A stretch of DNA of 64,000 nucleotides from Heptranchias perlo. Its lineage: Eukaryota. The translations under genes and the position numbers were made by a program. Positions within the stretch are counted from its first letter, which is position 1; the number at the start of each line of letters is the position of its first letter. The notes beneath the pieces were generated by a model. The model had not been told where the DNA came from. It ran no database searches and was given only the letters and a program-made list of their open reading frames with translations. Location: contig NC_090349.1 of NCBI RefSeq assembly GCF_035084215.1, forward strand, positions 10,044,001 to 10,108,000, written 5' to 3'. Positions 48,573-61,600 of the stretch are shown one piece after another.

Positions 48573-49021
48573 AAAGAAAGGCTTGCATTTATATAGCGCC
48601 TTTCACGACCTCAGGATGTCCCATAGCGCTTTACAGCCAATTAAGTAGTTTTGAAGTGTAGTCACTGCTGTAATGTAGGAAATGCAGCAGCAAATTTGTG
48701 CATACCAAGGTCCCACAAAGAACAATGAGATCGTGATCAGAAAATCTGTTTTTTAAAGGATGTTAGTTAAAGGATAAATATTGGCGAGGATACTGAGAAG
48801 AACTGCCCTACTCTTCTTCTAAACAGTGCCATGCAATCTTTTGCATCAAAGACGTGTCAGTTTAACATGTCATCCAAAAGAGGGCACCTCCGACAGTGCC
48901 GCACTCCCTTATACTGCACTGAAGGGTCAGGCTAGATTTTATGCTCAAGTCTCTGGAGTGAGTATTTGAACCCACAACCTTCTAACTCAGAGGCGAGAGA
49001 GCTACCACCGAGTCACGGCTA
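48573..49021 (-). mobile_element. Near full-length tRNA-derived Deu-domain SINE
   Basis: tRNA-like head (GTGACTCGGTGG A box, GGTTCAAATACT B box), central Deu-like domain (GCACTGTCGGAGGTGCC), L2-like tail. Confidence 0.85.
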
Positions 49022-49699
49022 TTCAGCAATGCAACTGTTGGTGATGCAACTTCTTGTTCTGTTCTAACTGATGCCTTCTTATTGAGCGAATGGCACCTCA
49101 GTCATGTTAAGAAGCAACCCGTTGGTGGCAGAATGCTGTCTTGATCAATGTTAATTGAATTGGCTTATTTAAACCAATTCAAAACAGGCTTAATTAGCAT
49201 CATAATTTCAATCCTAGACGAGGATTTGAATTCTAATGCAGTCTCCTACGTGCGGTGATGGTAAATGTTCCACAGTTTTAGGTCCTGAGAAAGAATGAAT
49301 TGCAGTGGGACACTGAGGGGTTATAATGGATTAATTGTATCGTGTTGATGACAAAGACATGAGGGAATTATCTAAAGCCTAGAGGCGATGCAGTGCAAAG
49401 AAACAAGGCGGATCCGTAGCATCAGTTAATTGAGTCAACAGGAAGCATTGCAGCAAATGGAACTGTGCAGCCTCCAAAGGAGATGGCTGGGAGGGGACTC
49501 TCACAGAAGTGTGCAAGATACTAAATGGCATTAAGTTAATCGGGGGCACCACAAGGTACGCCTGGAGACTAGAACAAGGAAACGTGCCTTAAAACTGGTA
49601 GATAAAACGTTTTGGGAAAGTTCCACGAAGAATTCCTTGAGGCAATGAGTGATCAACACTTGGAATTATCTTCCGGGTTGGGGAGTGGAGGAGAAACTC

Positions 49700-51710
49700 C
49701 ACACGCATTCACCGCATGCAGTAACTGGTGCGGTGAAATTACATTGTCCATACTTTTCATGGGGAAGCTTAATAAGTTGATATGAAATTCCATTGGTTAT
49801 TATTTAACTTTAAGATTACGCCATTTAAAATCTGTTAAAATTATGATCAAATTAATTAAATGCAAACTTGAAAGGTGAAATCTCTTCCGCAAACGGCAAT
49901 TGATGTTAGTTCAATTGCTAACTTTAAATCTGACCCGGATAGCTTTTTGCCAACCAAAGGTATTAAGGGATATGGGCCAAAGGCAGGTTTATGGAGTTAG
50001 ATCACAAATCAGCCACGATCTTATCAAAAGGCAGAGCGGGCTCGAGGGGCTGAATTGCCAACTCATGTTCCTATGTACCTAGATATAGCAACATCACACA
50101 GTGCAATTTGATCCCATATGTCTTTGTAGAATTGAGAGAAACAATATTTTCATTGTTCAATGGAAAGAGAGAACAAGCTACAGTGATTCAGTCACTGGGT
50201 TAAGAGACAACTGGAGGTTGCGAGCAGCGAGAGGGTGGCATATCCGCATATCTCTTTATCCTTTTATGAACATAAGCCTTAATCATTTCGATTTTCTTCC
50301 ATTTTTAACCTTCATCACCCACACATAACTCATTTTTAAAACTTCACAAGGGCAATAAACAACGTTTGATGATAATGTTCCGTAAACTAGTTCTCCCCAA
50401 ATAGCTTTAGAGAATGGCATCAATATTACAGTTTATTATAGATTTCTTTGTACAGCTCAGACGGTAGAAAGTGCTATTCGTGCTCTCGGCGGGAGATGCT
50501 CGGGGGCGCAAGCTGGGAAAATATACTGTAGATGCGCATTGAGGAGTAACTTGTTTCATTAAGCAAAATAACGTGAACTCTGTGAGACGACAGGTTCCGT
50601 TTGCTTTGAGCACGAAGGACGATATTGAAAAAAGTTGTTGCTATTTAGAGCAGTTAGCCAGAGATAGGCAGTTCATTCTGCGCTTTACGCCGCTGCTCTT
50701 TCTGTGATGTAGGAAACAAATCGGGAAGATCTCGAAAGAGAAGAGAATCTTTCTTTATCCGAACCTGAAATAATTTAATCAGTGAACTCCACAAACAGTT
50801 CACGGCAACATTTCTTAATTATGCGGCAGGTGTTCAATATTTCACTTCATCATCCTTTCGCTGTACAGGGGAGAGGTTCCCCTCTTCAACACTGAGGGCA
50901 GTGTTGAACAGTGTGTGGGATCTGCACAGATAAAGAGCGATTTTGGCATTTGTTTTTTCAAATCTGTATTGGGAATTGGTTTTCAGTGCTACATATTTTA
51001 ATAATTATCACAGGAAAAATATTTTTGTTTTTTGAGCAGATGTTCGAGTCCGTTCGATTTTCCGAAGTGCGATCGATCTAATAATCAGTGCGATCAATCA
51101 GACAGATTAAAGAATCCTCGTTTCTAAAAAAAAAACTTTGATTCACTCCCCCGATGCTTTATCCATTTTGGCAAATCCGCCGCCGCCCACACACACCGCA
51201 CCACCCCTCACCCCCCACACACCCTTACCACACATACACCCCCACCCCACACATACATACACCCAACCCCCACACATCTCCCACCCCAGATACCCCCCAC
51301 ACACCCTACACGCACACACACAAACCCTACCCCCCACACATACACGCACATACACCCCACATACACCCATACCCCACACATACACACACCTACCTCCCCC
51401 TCCCCCCACACACATACCCAAATATTCATAATCTTGGCGCTTTCTTTCTTTATTTTATCTTGTGAAACGCATTAAAATATTTCAACGGAGGAATACATTT
51501 TAACAGTATCCCGAATATGTAGGCACTTTGCAATATTGAAGGGACCGTGAGCCAAGCTGTTATACGGTTTATTTTAGAATATTTCCATCCTCTGAAGAGG
51601 CTCAGCTCACAGTATCCTAGCACCTTAGGTCATCTAGTAGGACCTAGTCCAGTTTAAAGGCCAAGTCAATTATTGGTGGGTGCGTTCCAAGAAGTTGCAA
51701 GTGAAGTTTA
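49700..51710 (-). repeat. Inverted paralog of the V-upstream region of cluster C (32830-34585), with no V gene attached (relic E)
   Basis: Collinear reverse-complement similarity, e.g. CCAATGGAATTTCATATCAACTTATTAAGCT, the GT tract and GGACTAGGTCCTACTAG. Similarity ends ~40 bp short of the promoter octamers. Confidence 0.88.
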
Positions 51711-51714
51711 AAAC

Positions 51715-52134
51715 GAACAAAGAAAGAATTGTATTTATATAGCGCCTTTCCCGACCTCAAGACTTGATAAAACCCTTTACAGTCAATTATTTACTTTTGA
51801 TATGTAGTCACTGTTGCACTGTAGGAATCGCGGCAGCCAATTTGCGCACATCAATGTCCCACAAGCAGCAACGTGATAATGACCAGATAATCTGTTTTTG
51901 ATTTTGGTTGAGGGATAAATATTGGTCTGGATATCAGGGAAAACTTTCCTGCTCTTCTTCGAAATAATGCCATGGGATATTTTAGATCCACCTGAGGGGG
52001 TTAACAGCTCATCCGAAAGTATCTCTAACAGTGGACGTGTCAGCCTATATTTTTTGCTCAATTCTCTGGAGTGGGGCATGAACCCATAACCTTTTTTCTC
52101 AGAGACATAAGTGCTACCACTGAGCCACGGCTGA
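51715..52134 (-). mobile_element. tRNA-derived Deu-domain SINE, internally deleted
   Basis: Head TCAGCCGTGGCTCAGTGGTAGCAC..GGGTTCATGCCCC; tail AAAGGCGCTATATAAAT..(TTTC)n. Confidence 0.82.
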
Positions 52135-52249
52135 TACGTATTACTATCACCTAAAGAGGTCATAAGGGAATTTTGCAACACCCTGAAGGCAAACCTAGAA
52201 ACTGCTTCCAAGATAAGGACGATTAAATCATTGGCAACATTTTCAAAAG

Positions 52250-53360
52250 ACATTCATTAAGGTGCCACATGAAAGGTTGTTATGCAAGATAAGGTCTCAT
52301 GGTGTTGGGGGTAACATATTAGCATGGATAGAGGATTGATTTTCTGGTTGGCAGGCTGTAACTAGTGGGGTCCCTCAAGGATCATTGCTTGCGCCTTTAT
52401 CTATTTACAATCTATATTAATGGCTTGGATGAAGGGACCGAGTGTAGCGTATCAAAGTTTGATGACGATTCAAAGCTAGATGGGAAAATAAGCTGTGAGG
52501 AGGACACAAAATGTCTGCAAAGGGGTATAGACAGGTTAAGTTAGTGGGCAAGAAGGTGGCAGATGGAGTATAATGTGGGGAAATGTGACGTTATTCAATT
52601 TGGTCGGAAAAATAGAAGAACAGGATGTTTCTTAAATGGTGAGAAACTATTAAATGTTGGTGTTCAGAGAGACTTTGGTGTCCTGGTACAAGAAACACGA
52701 AAGGTTAGCATGCAGGTACAGCAAGCAATTAGGAAGAAAAATGGCATGCTGGCCTTTATTGCAAGGGGGTTGGAGTACTAGAGGCTTACTACAATTGTAC
52801 AGGGCTTTGGTGAGACCTCACCTGGTGTATCTGAGGAAGGATATATTTGCCTTAGAGGCGGTGCAACGAAGTTTCACTAGATTAATTCCTGGGATGAGAG
52901 GGTTGTCCTCTGAGGAGAGGTTGATTGGAATGGGCCTATGCTCTCTGGAGTTTAGAAGAATGAGAGGTGATCTAATTGAAACATATAAAATTCTGAGGAG
53001 GCTTGACAGCGTAGAGGCTGAGAGGTTGTTTCCCCTGGCTGGAGAGTCGAGAGCTAGAGGGCATAGTTGCAGAATAAGGGGTCGGCCATTTAATCCTGAG
53101 ATGAGGAGGCATTTCTTCACTCGGAGGGTTGTGAATCTTTGGAATTCACTACCCCAGAGGGCTGTGGATGCTGAGTCGTTGAGTATATTCAAGGCTGAGA
53201 TAGATAGATTTTTGGACTCTAAGGTAATCAAGAGATATGGGGATCGGGCAGGAAAGTGGAGTTGAGGTTGAAGATCAGCCATGATCTGATTGAATGGCGG
53301 AGCAGGTTCGAAGGGCTGCATGGCATATTCCTGCTCCTATTTCTTATGTTCTTATGTTCT
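52250..53360 (+). mobile_element. CR1 3' fragment
   Basis: LYRALVRPHL..LEFRRMRGDLIETYKI..RVVNLWNSLP; (TTCTTATG)n tail. Confidence 0.88.
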
Positions 53361-54229
53361 AACATCTGCGTACATTATATTATGTTCCTGGGTCCTTTCA
53401 ATCAAAAACAGGAGATAAATGAAAAATCTGCCAACTTGTAGCGCACAATAGCAACTTGCAAGATATAAACCGCATGCTTGACTGGCCCAGTGAATTTATC
53501 AATCCCTCCATGGTAACGAGGTAGAGGTAGGAAAAAGCTCTGCACTTTGACTATTTGCTTGGATTCTCAAGTGCGCACACTTGATATCAAGCACGTGGTC
53601 ATACAGGCCCCTGTCCACCATGCCAACTCCCTCAGGAATGGATATTGTCACTTGAAGGTAGGTACAGAATCAAGCACGTTCATGCCCAATACCCTTGTCA
53701 AAAAAGCCATCACCACTGCTTTCCACAGCCTTATATGAGGATTCACCATTCCAAGAGTATTTCTCCACAGATATATTGACTGGCCTCGTGGCAATTGCTA
53801 TGTTTTGTATGTTAAAAAATTAGGAAGCTGTCGTTATGTATTTGCAGTTATGTTTATTGTGTGCTTGAGTGTTAATAATTTTATTTCACTTTATTGCTTT
53901 CGGCATTTTGAGACCTCAAGTCTGGTTTGGGCAGTTATATTATTACACCAAGAAAGCAGTTATTAAATTCAATTCCTTGGTTCCTCGCGCAGTTGCGCCG
54001 GTTGTACTTTTCCGAATATGCTCAAAGGCCTTCCCTACGCTCATCGATTCCATTCATAATTTTAAGAAATGGGACTCAAGTGTGTATCCTGTAATCTTGG
54101 GCAATGAATATTGTTGTGTTGTATCGATATTCTATGTAACCAACGAGAGGCTGAGGTACAGTAATGCAAAAAATAAATTAGTTGTTATCCTCGTGACAAG
54201 TTTAGCTCTGCAGATTGATGAGAAGGACA

Positions 54230-54886
54230 GCATTTATTGCCTTTGAGAAGGTGGTGGTGAGCGCCTTCTTGAAGCGCTGCAGTCCGTGTGGTGAAGGTTC
54301 TCCCACAGTGCTGTTCGGTAGGGAGTTCCAGGTTTTTGACCCAGCTGCCCTTTTCCTTCTAGGTGGTAGAGGTGCTGTCGAAGAAGCCTTGGCGAGTTGC
54401 TGCTGTGCATCCTGTGGATGGTACACACTGCAGCCATGTTGCGCCGGTGGTAAATGGGGTGAATGTTTAGGGTGGTGGATGGGGTGCCAATCAAGCGAGC
54501 TGCTTTGTCCTGGATGGTGTCAAGCTTCTTGAGTGTTATTGGAGCTGCACTCATCCAGGCAAGTGGAGAGTATTCCATCACACTCCTGACTTGTGCCTTG
54601 TAGATGGTGGAAAGGCTTGGGGGAGTCAGGAGATGAGTCACTCGCCGCAGAATACCCAGCCTCTGAACTACTCTTGTCGCCACAGTATTTATATGGCTGG
54701 TCCAGTTCAGTTTCTGGTCAATGGTGACCCCCAGAATGTTGATGGTGGGGGATTCGGCAATGGTAATGCCACGGGAAGGTGGTTAGATTCTCTCTTGTTG
54801 AAGATGGTCATTGCCTGGCTGCATGCGGGCACGGACTGCTTCATTATCTGAGGGGTTGCGAATGGAACTGAACACTGTGCAATCAA
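54230..54886 (-). mobile_element. Second CR1-group LINE family, RT C-terminal fragment
   Basis: IYKAQVRSVMEYSPLAW..LDTIQDKAARLIG. Confidence 0.8.
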
Positions 54887-55479
54887 TATTAGTCATATTT
54901 CTTTAAGTATATTACTGTAACCCCTGACGCTCGTGCAATTTGTAGTTTGATAGATGTAGTTAAATACAACAATTGTGCTTGATTCACTTCGCTTACTGTT
55001 CAGTCCTTGATACTTCTGATGAGCTGCTGGAGCTTCGGGTAAAAGGCTTCTACCCATAACTCTGATTCAGAGAGCAGAGGGGAATCATCTGAATCAACTT
55101 GACACCAGACTCACTGAGAGTTCGAAAGTGAAACACCCCATTACGTTTAAAAGGTTTAAAATGGAATCTGCAACAGATTTGACTTCAATGGAACAGATGG
55201 CAATGCAATGTATCCATTTTCTCTTTTATTTCAACCATTTCATGCTACTATCTGCGCAATTAAAAACTGTTTCCGGCTCTTCATTAACTTTTCATTACAG
55301 GCAGTCAACGGGGCTCGCGTGTAAGTCAGTCCAAAGGGTGGTTTAGGTCTTCTCACAGTGCATATAATATTTAGACTTTTTTAAAAAAAACTTATAAATA
55401 TAACGCTTTATCTGTATTGCTAATCATCTCGGTGACATAAAACAGAATAAATCAGCAAAGCAGAATAAAATAAATCTAA

Positions 55480-55700
55480 AATAAAAACAGAAAATGCTGG
55501 AAGCACTCAGCAGGTCAAGTAGCAACTATGGAATGAGTTCGAACTGGAAGGTGTTGGAGATGAACAATTCTTAAGCGAGCACAGCGCCAGGGAAAATGGG
55601 TCAGGAAAAGAACAAGGGTGGTCTGTAATCGGGGTGGGAGGGAGTGGGTGGTGGCAGGAGTGATTAAATGACAAAAGCGGTGATACATTGCAAAAGATAA
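55480..55700 (-). mobile_element. Degenerate Penelope-like/shark interspersed repeat fragment
   Basis: AAAACAGAAAATGCTGGAAGCACTCAGCAGGTCA resembles the end of a common shark PLE pseudo-LTR (from recall); no hammerhead core is retained. Confidence 0.4.
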
Positions 55701-56409
55701 TAGCGAGTCATCGTTGCTTGCACCATTATCCGCCAATGCTTGAAACACGGGTACCAGGTCTATTATGCCCTGTGGTTCATTACACCGCTTTATACAGAAT
55801 GGATTTGTATTGTCATAATTGTGAGGACATCTTTTAATAATTGATGATTGACGAATGATTTTTGTATATATCTGATCAATCTGAAATAATGGAAATAATC
55901 GTACATAAACTGACGCAGACTCAATGTACCAAAATGAGTGAATCCCAATACTTTGGTGTTTGGTCTTTAACGTTGTAAATGTTGCAAGGTCGTTTAGTGA
56001 GCATTTTAGAAACAGAATAGGAAGAGGGAAAGATTTCGCACTCAAAACGTCAAGAGAAGCGGAAATGTTTTAATTAAATGGAGATTGCTTGAGCAATGAA
56101 GAAACAAAGCATCCGGTGGCATCAGATAAAGACCGACACCCACCACAAAGATATAGAAATTATAAAATAACTGGATTCCAATTTTGATCAATTACGTTTT
56201 CATCAGAGCTATTTTCACTTAATATTTTTGGACATAAAACTCTCAAATAAATCCAATTGATGTTATGGAGATGTATATAAAATCATTGATTTTTTTTACA
56301 TGTCCCAAAACAGCTATAATAGCTAATCAACTCCAACGCCGGAGTCTTCAACGGTTTGGGGATATTAGTAAAACAAAAAACAAGGCTTTTTTGTGGACGC
56401 TTTTGACAA

Positions 56410-57630
56410 CACCGCATTTATTGTCCATCGATAGCTGCCCTAAGACGACGATGGTGGGCCTTCTCCTTGAGTTGCTGCCATCGTTATGCTGAAGGGGCTC
56501 TCACCATGGCGATAGGTATAGAATTCCAGGATGTTGACCGAGCGATGATGAAGAGATGGCGATGTAAGTCCAAGTGTGACGTGGAGGAGATGGTGCTCCC
56601 ACAGCATTGCTGCTCTTGTCCTTCTGGGTGGTGAAAATTGCAGGTAGGTGGGTGCTATCCAAGTAACCTTGGTGAGTTCATGAAGTCAAGCCGACTGCTC
56701 TGTCCTAGATGGTGTCGAACCTCTTAAGTGCTGTTGGAGCTGCAGCCCACCAGCTGAATCCCACTCCAGGTTTAGAGATAGTGGAGAGCTTTTGAGCGGT
56801 CAGGAGGTGAGGCACTTGTCATAGATTGTTCAGTGTTTTCTCTGCTCGTATAGCCACAACCTTCATTTGACTGCTCCAATAAAGATTCTCGTCAATGGTG
56901 ACCACCAAGATTTTCATGATGGGCGACCAAGCGATGTTGGCACTCCTGAAGATCAGGGGCATGTAGTTGGCTTTCTCTACTTCGAGATGATCATTACCTG
57001 GCATTTGTATGGCACGAATGTCACCTGCCACATGTCAACCCAAGCCTCTGTGTAGTCCCAGTCCTGCGGTAGGGGGGCACGGACTGCTTCATTACAGGAA
57101 GAATTGTCAATGGAATTTAGCGCTGTGGAATTGTTAGCATTAGACACACTCCTGACCTTATGATGCTTCCCTGAGGAACATTTGCGGTGATGTGTTGGAA
57201 CTGCAATGATTGGCCTTGGCTAACCATAATCGTCCTTCTTTTTGTCAGTCATGACTCCAGCCACTGGAGTGTTTCCCTTTGACCCACATTATCCTCAGTT
57301 TCTGTAGAGTCCTTCATGCCCGGCTTGGTCGAATGCAACCTTACTATTGAGGGCAGATATTCTCATGTCTCATCTTCAGCTCTTGCATCCATTTCTAAAT
57401 CAAGGCTGGGATGAGGCCTGGAGCCAAGTGGTTCTAGAGGAACCTAAAATGAGCATTGGCGAGCGGGTTATTGGCAAGTCGATGTTATTTGATGTCACTA
57501 TTACATATTCTTTCCTTCATTTTGCTGATGATTGGGAACAGGCTTGTAGGCCGGTAATTAGCCAGATTAGATTTCTTCTGTTTCTGTCGATACAACACAC
57601 AAGAGCAACCTCACACATTGCCAGAGTCAT
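56410..57630 (-). mobile_element. Highly decayed copy of the second CR1-group LINE family
   Basis: Collinear similarity to 54230-54886 (GAATTCCAGGATGTTGACC, GTCAATGGTGACC, GGGCACGGACTGCTTCATTA). Confidence 0.65.
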
Positions 57631-58639
57631 AGCTATACTGCTAACAAGGATATGTATACATAAACTGTAATTGCAAATGTACCAGATTCTAAACATCTTT
57701 CGCCCATTGGTAGAAATGAATTATTACTTCACAAAGGAAAGTAGCTCACATTTGGAGAATGCAATCAGCAATGAGTGGAAACAGAAGGAGTGAAATGTTG
57801 GAGAAAGGATGGAGGAAGGGGCAGAACGTAAAGGAAACCTTGATTAATGGAAAGATAGAACAAAGGAATGCAGAGCCAGAAAATGAATAATGGCAGTGTG
57901 AATGAAGAGGTGACCATGTTGACGAAAGATGAAGATAAACAAGAGAGACAAGAAAGAAAGTGGCACAGCATGTAGGAGCCGAAGAGAAAGAGCAGCCGTG
58001 GATAGTGGCGAGGTCACAAGTGAACTAACAAAGATGATGGTGTGAGGAAAATTGTTAGGATCGTCAGAACGAGAGACTATGCATATCATAAAGTTTCAGA
58101 TCTGCAGATCCAACTATTTTGAGATCAAAGAAAAAGTAGAAAGAAAAGATTCGATTTGAGAGAAGCGGCTATAGAAACTACAATGAAAGGGTGGGGTTAA
58201 AGGATATTGGTAGAGAGAAAGATAATATGATTTCGAAATCAATGAAAATCAAGGTGAACGTGTACTTATATGAACAGAAGATAGCTATTAGACCAAATTG
58301 GTCGAATTGGTCGAATAGATTCCTTATTGTAGGGAAAACCTGATTTCCCAGTGGTTCATGAACCTGGACAGTGGTCAGTCAAAGAAAGTCCCACTTTCAT
58401 AGTAATTTCATTAATCAAAATGATATTTAATGATTTAAAAATTCATATAAGCATGAAGCAAAGCAAGCAATACATACCACCATAAAAATTAAGGATTACA
58501 GCGTCAAGACATAAGAGTGATCAACACTCTGTAGCTCTTGAAGTTTCTTCTCCTTCTTGTTGAAGTTTCTTCTTTCAGGTGAATTCATCAAGCTTCTCTG
58601 ACTGCAGCTCCTCTGACTGAACCAAAAAGGGAGTTGGGA

Positions 58640-61600
58640 ACTCAACCGGATGTGTGACTGCATTAGCTGCAGCTACCAATTCGGCTGCCTTTGCAGACAT
58701 ATGCATGGGCAGTTTAATAGATAATTCTGCTTGTTTGTGGGGGTCATAAATTCAACATTCCGTCTTCCACTCTCTGCTCTACTGGATCCATCCACATATA
58801 TACCTCGAGTGTCAGTCAGCACTCCTGCCTTCATTGGAACTTCCTGTTGGCATTGGTCGGCCACATTACACTGACGCATTTCTCCCTGATACATCAGATT
58901 TCCTGCCAAGCTCGGTGGATCTGGGTTGTGGTGGACCGTAATATCAATTTCCTGCAATAACAGGGTCCACCGGGCTAAGCGTTCGTTAGTCACTGAACCG
59001 TCCCGTGAATCTCCCGACTGACAATAACTCGATTGGAGTGTGATTGGTTAATAGATGCATCTGTGGTAATCACACTATGTAATAAAATGCTTAATGGCCC
59101 AAGAGGTCGCAAGCAAGTGTTTTTCACATGCGAAATAAGTTACTTCTACCAGGCTAAGGACTCGGAATACAAAAGCTGATTGTCATGGGTCTTTTGAGTT
59201 CGGAGCTGATATTGTATATTCACTGGCTGCCGTTTCCAGATAGAAGGGCTTTTCTGGGTCAGCTGGGGCTAGCAAAGAGGCTTCTTGTAAAGCCTCCATG
59301 AGCCTTCGAACTGCCTCTGTACAGGTGGGAGTCCATTCCCAATTAGCATCCTTCTGTAATATAGCATAGAAGGGTGCATCCAACATGGCAAAATCTTATA
59401 TAAAATCCGTGCAGTACCCCACCAATCCTAAAAATTACCCAACAGCCTTAACAGATGGTGGGTCGTGGTAGCTCTTGCACACATTTTATTTTCATTTCGT
59501 CAATGCCCCTCCCATTTTTATGAATGTCCACTCCCAGAAAAGTTACCTTAACCTTTGCTATCTGTGCCTTCTTTGGATTAAGCTTTAACCCTTCTCTGGT
59601 TAGCAATTGTAACCGTTCTTTTAGCAATGTTGCATGGCTTTCCCTGTCCACGGTATGCAACAATACATCAAAATGTATTAAACATTCTAAAATGAATTAT
59701 GGCTTTAGTCACTTATTGATGGAAAATAGGGGATTAATTGTGAAAACATTGTGGTCAACAAGTCCAGGTATACTCTTCGTCCTGTAATGTGAAGGCAAAC
59801 TGGTACTGGTGTTCCAGATTAAGGGGAACTGACCAAGCACCGTTTCAGGTGTCCAGCACTGTGAATACAGCAGATTTTGGTGTGGGCCTTATTAGTACCG
59901 CTGGTGCTGATGCCACCATTGGGGCGCATGAGGGCATTGCCTTATTTAACTGTTGGTAATTGATAGTCAATCACTATGACCCATCTGCTTTCTTAACAGG
60001 CCAAATAGGCGAATTTGCTATTGGGTATAAGGCACCTTGCTGGAGGAGCGAGGCTATTGCCTTTCTAATGTGCTCATTTGCTTTCCAGGGGAAACAATAC
60101 GGTTTCAATGGATGGGGCAAGTCGGGTCCCTGCATATCCACCACTCCTTTCATTCTACCACAATCATGTTTATGTTTGGCGAATGGTGCCTCATTTTTTT
60201 CCTACTTGTTGTATCGCAGGGCATAAATTACGGAATATTTAATCAAATTCATACCCTTGCATTTTGGTAAGCACACATATCTCCACGTAACCTGGGAACA
60301 CTCTCGGTTCCTTTATCTCTGTCTCCTCAGCCTGCCAAAGGGTTCTATTAGCTAGATCCAAATCAAATCAGGCCACAGGGGTTTAGAAAAGAGGCAGTCA
60401 CACTGCTGGGAGTGTACTATAGACCTGCAAACAGTCAGAGGGAGATAGAAGAGCAAATATGTCGGCAAATCTCTGAGAAGTGCAAGAACAATAAGGCAGT
60501 AATAGTAGGGGATCTAAACTACAATAATATTGACTGGGATACAATCAGTGCAAAACGTATAGAGGGCATTAAATTGCATCCAGGAGAACTTTTTTGGTCC
60601 GTACATAGCAAACTCAACAAGAGTGGAGCAGTTCTGTATTAAATTTTAGGGAATGAAGCTGGGCAGGTGGAAGGAGTATTAGTGGGAGAGCATTTTGGTG
60701 GTAGTGATCATAATTCAGTCACATTTAGCATTGTTATGGAAAAGGACAAGCATAGAACAGAAGTAAAAGTTTTCAATTGGGGAAAGGCCAAGCTGAGAAG
60801 TGAATTAGCGAAAGTAGACTGGAAACAGCTACTTGAAGGTAAGTCAATGTCAGAGCAGTGGGAGGCATTCAAGAGGGAGATTGAAGGGGTTCAGAGTACC
60901 CACAATGAAAAAGGGTAAGACTGACAAATCTAGAGCCCCCAGGATGACAAGGAGCATACAGGGTAAGATAAGGCAAAAAAGGGAAGCTTATGTCAGACAC
61001 CGAGAGCTCAATACTGCAGAAAGCCTAGAGGAGTATAGACAGTGCAAGGGTGACATTAAAAAGGAAATTAGGAAAGCAAAGAGAGGGCATGAACAAATAC
61101 TGGCAAGTAAAATTAAGGAAATCCCAAAAATGTTTTATAACTACATAAAGATCAAGAGGATAACTATGAAAACAATACGGCCTATTAGATTCCAAAAGGT
61201 AACCTATGTGTGGAGGCAGAAAATGTGGGTATGGTTCTTAATGAATGCTTTGCTTTTGTTTCCGCAAAAGAAGGGGGACAATGCAGAGATTGTAGTTAAG
61301 GAGGAGCAGTGTGAAAATATTGGATGGGATAGACATAGTGAGAGACAAAGTATAAAGGGGTTCAGCATCTTTGAAAGTAGATCAATTGCCATGCCCAGAT
61401 GAAATTTATCCCAGGCTTTTAGTCTAGCTGCGGTGGTGGGCAAATTGTTGGAATGAATTCTGAGGGACAGTATAAACCATCATTTAGAAAGGCACGGATT
61501 AATCAAGGACAGTCAACATGGATTTGTTAACGGAAGGTCATGCCTGACTAACTTGATTGATTTTTTTGAGACGGTAACAAGTAGGGTCGATGAGGGTAGT

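Noticed and set aside
48940-49021. tRNA gene
   Set aside because: tRNA-like A/B boxes are the head of a SINE, continuous with its body and tail.
51138-51465. His/Pro/Thr-rich and Cys/Val/Gly-rich ORFs
   Set aside because: Translations of the CA/GT low-complexity tract.
55515-56045. 176-aa minus-strand ORF
   Set aside because: Non-ATG start, overlaps a repeat fragment, no recognisable domain.
58328-58630. Possible 3' LTR of the retrovirus-like element
   Set aside because: It has a TG/CA-compatible end, but there is no second copy in the window to confirm it.
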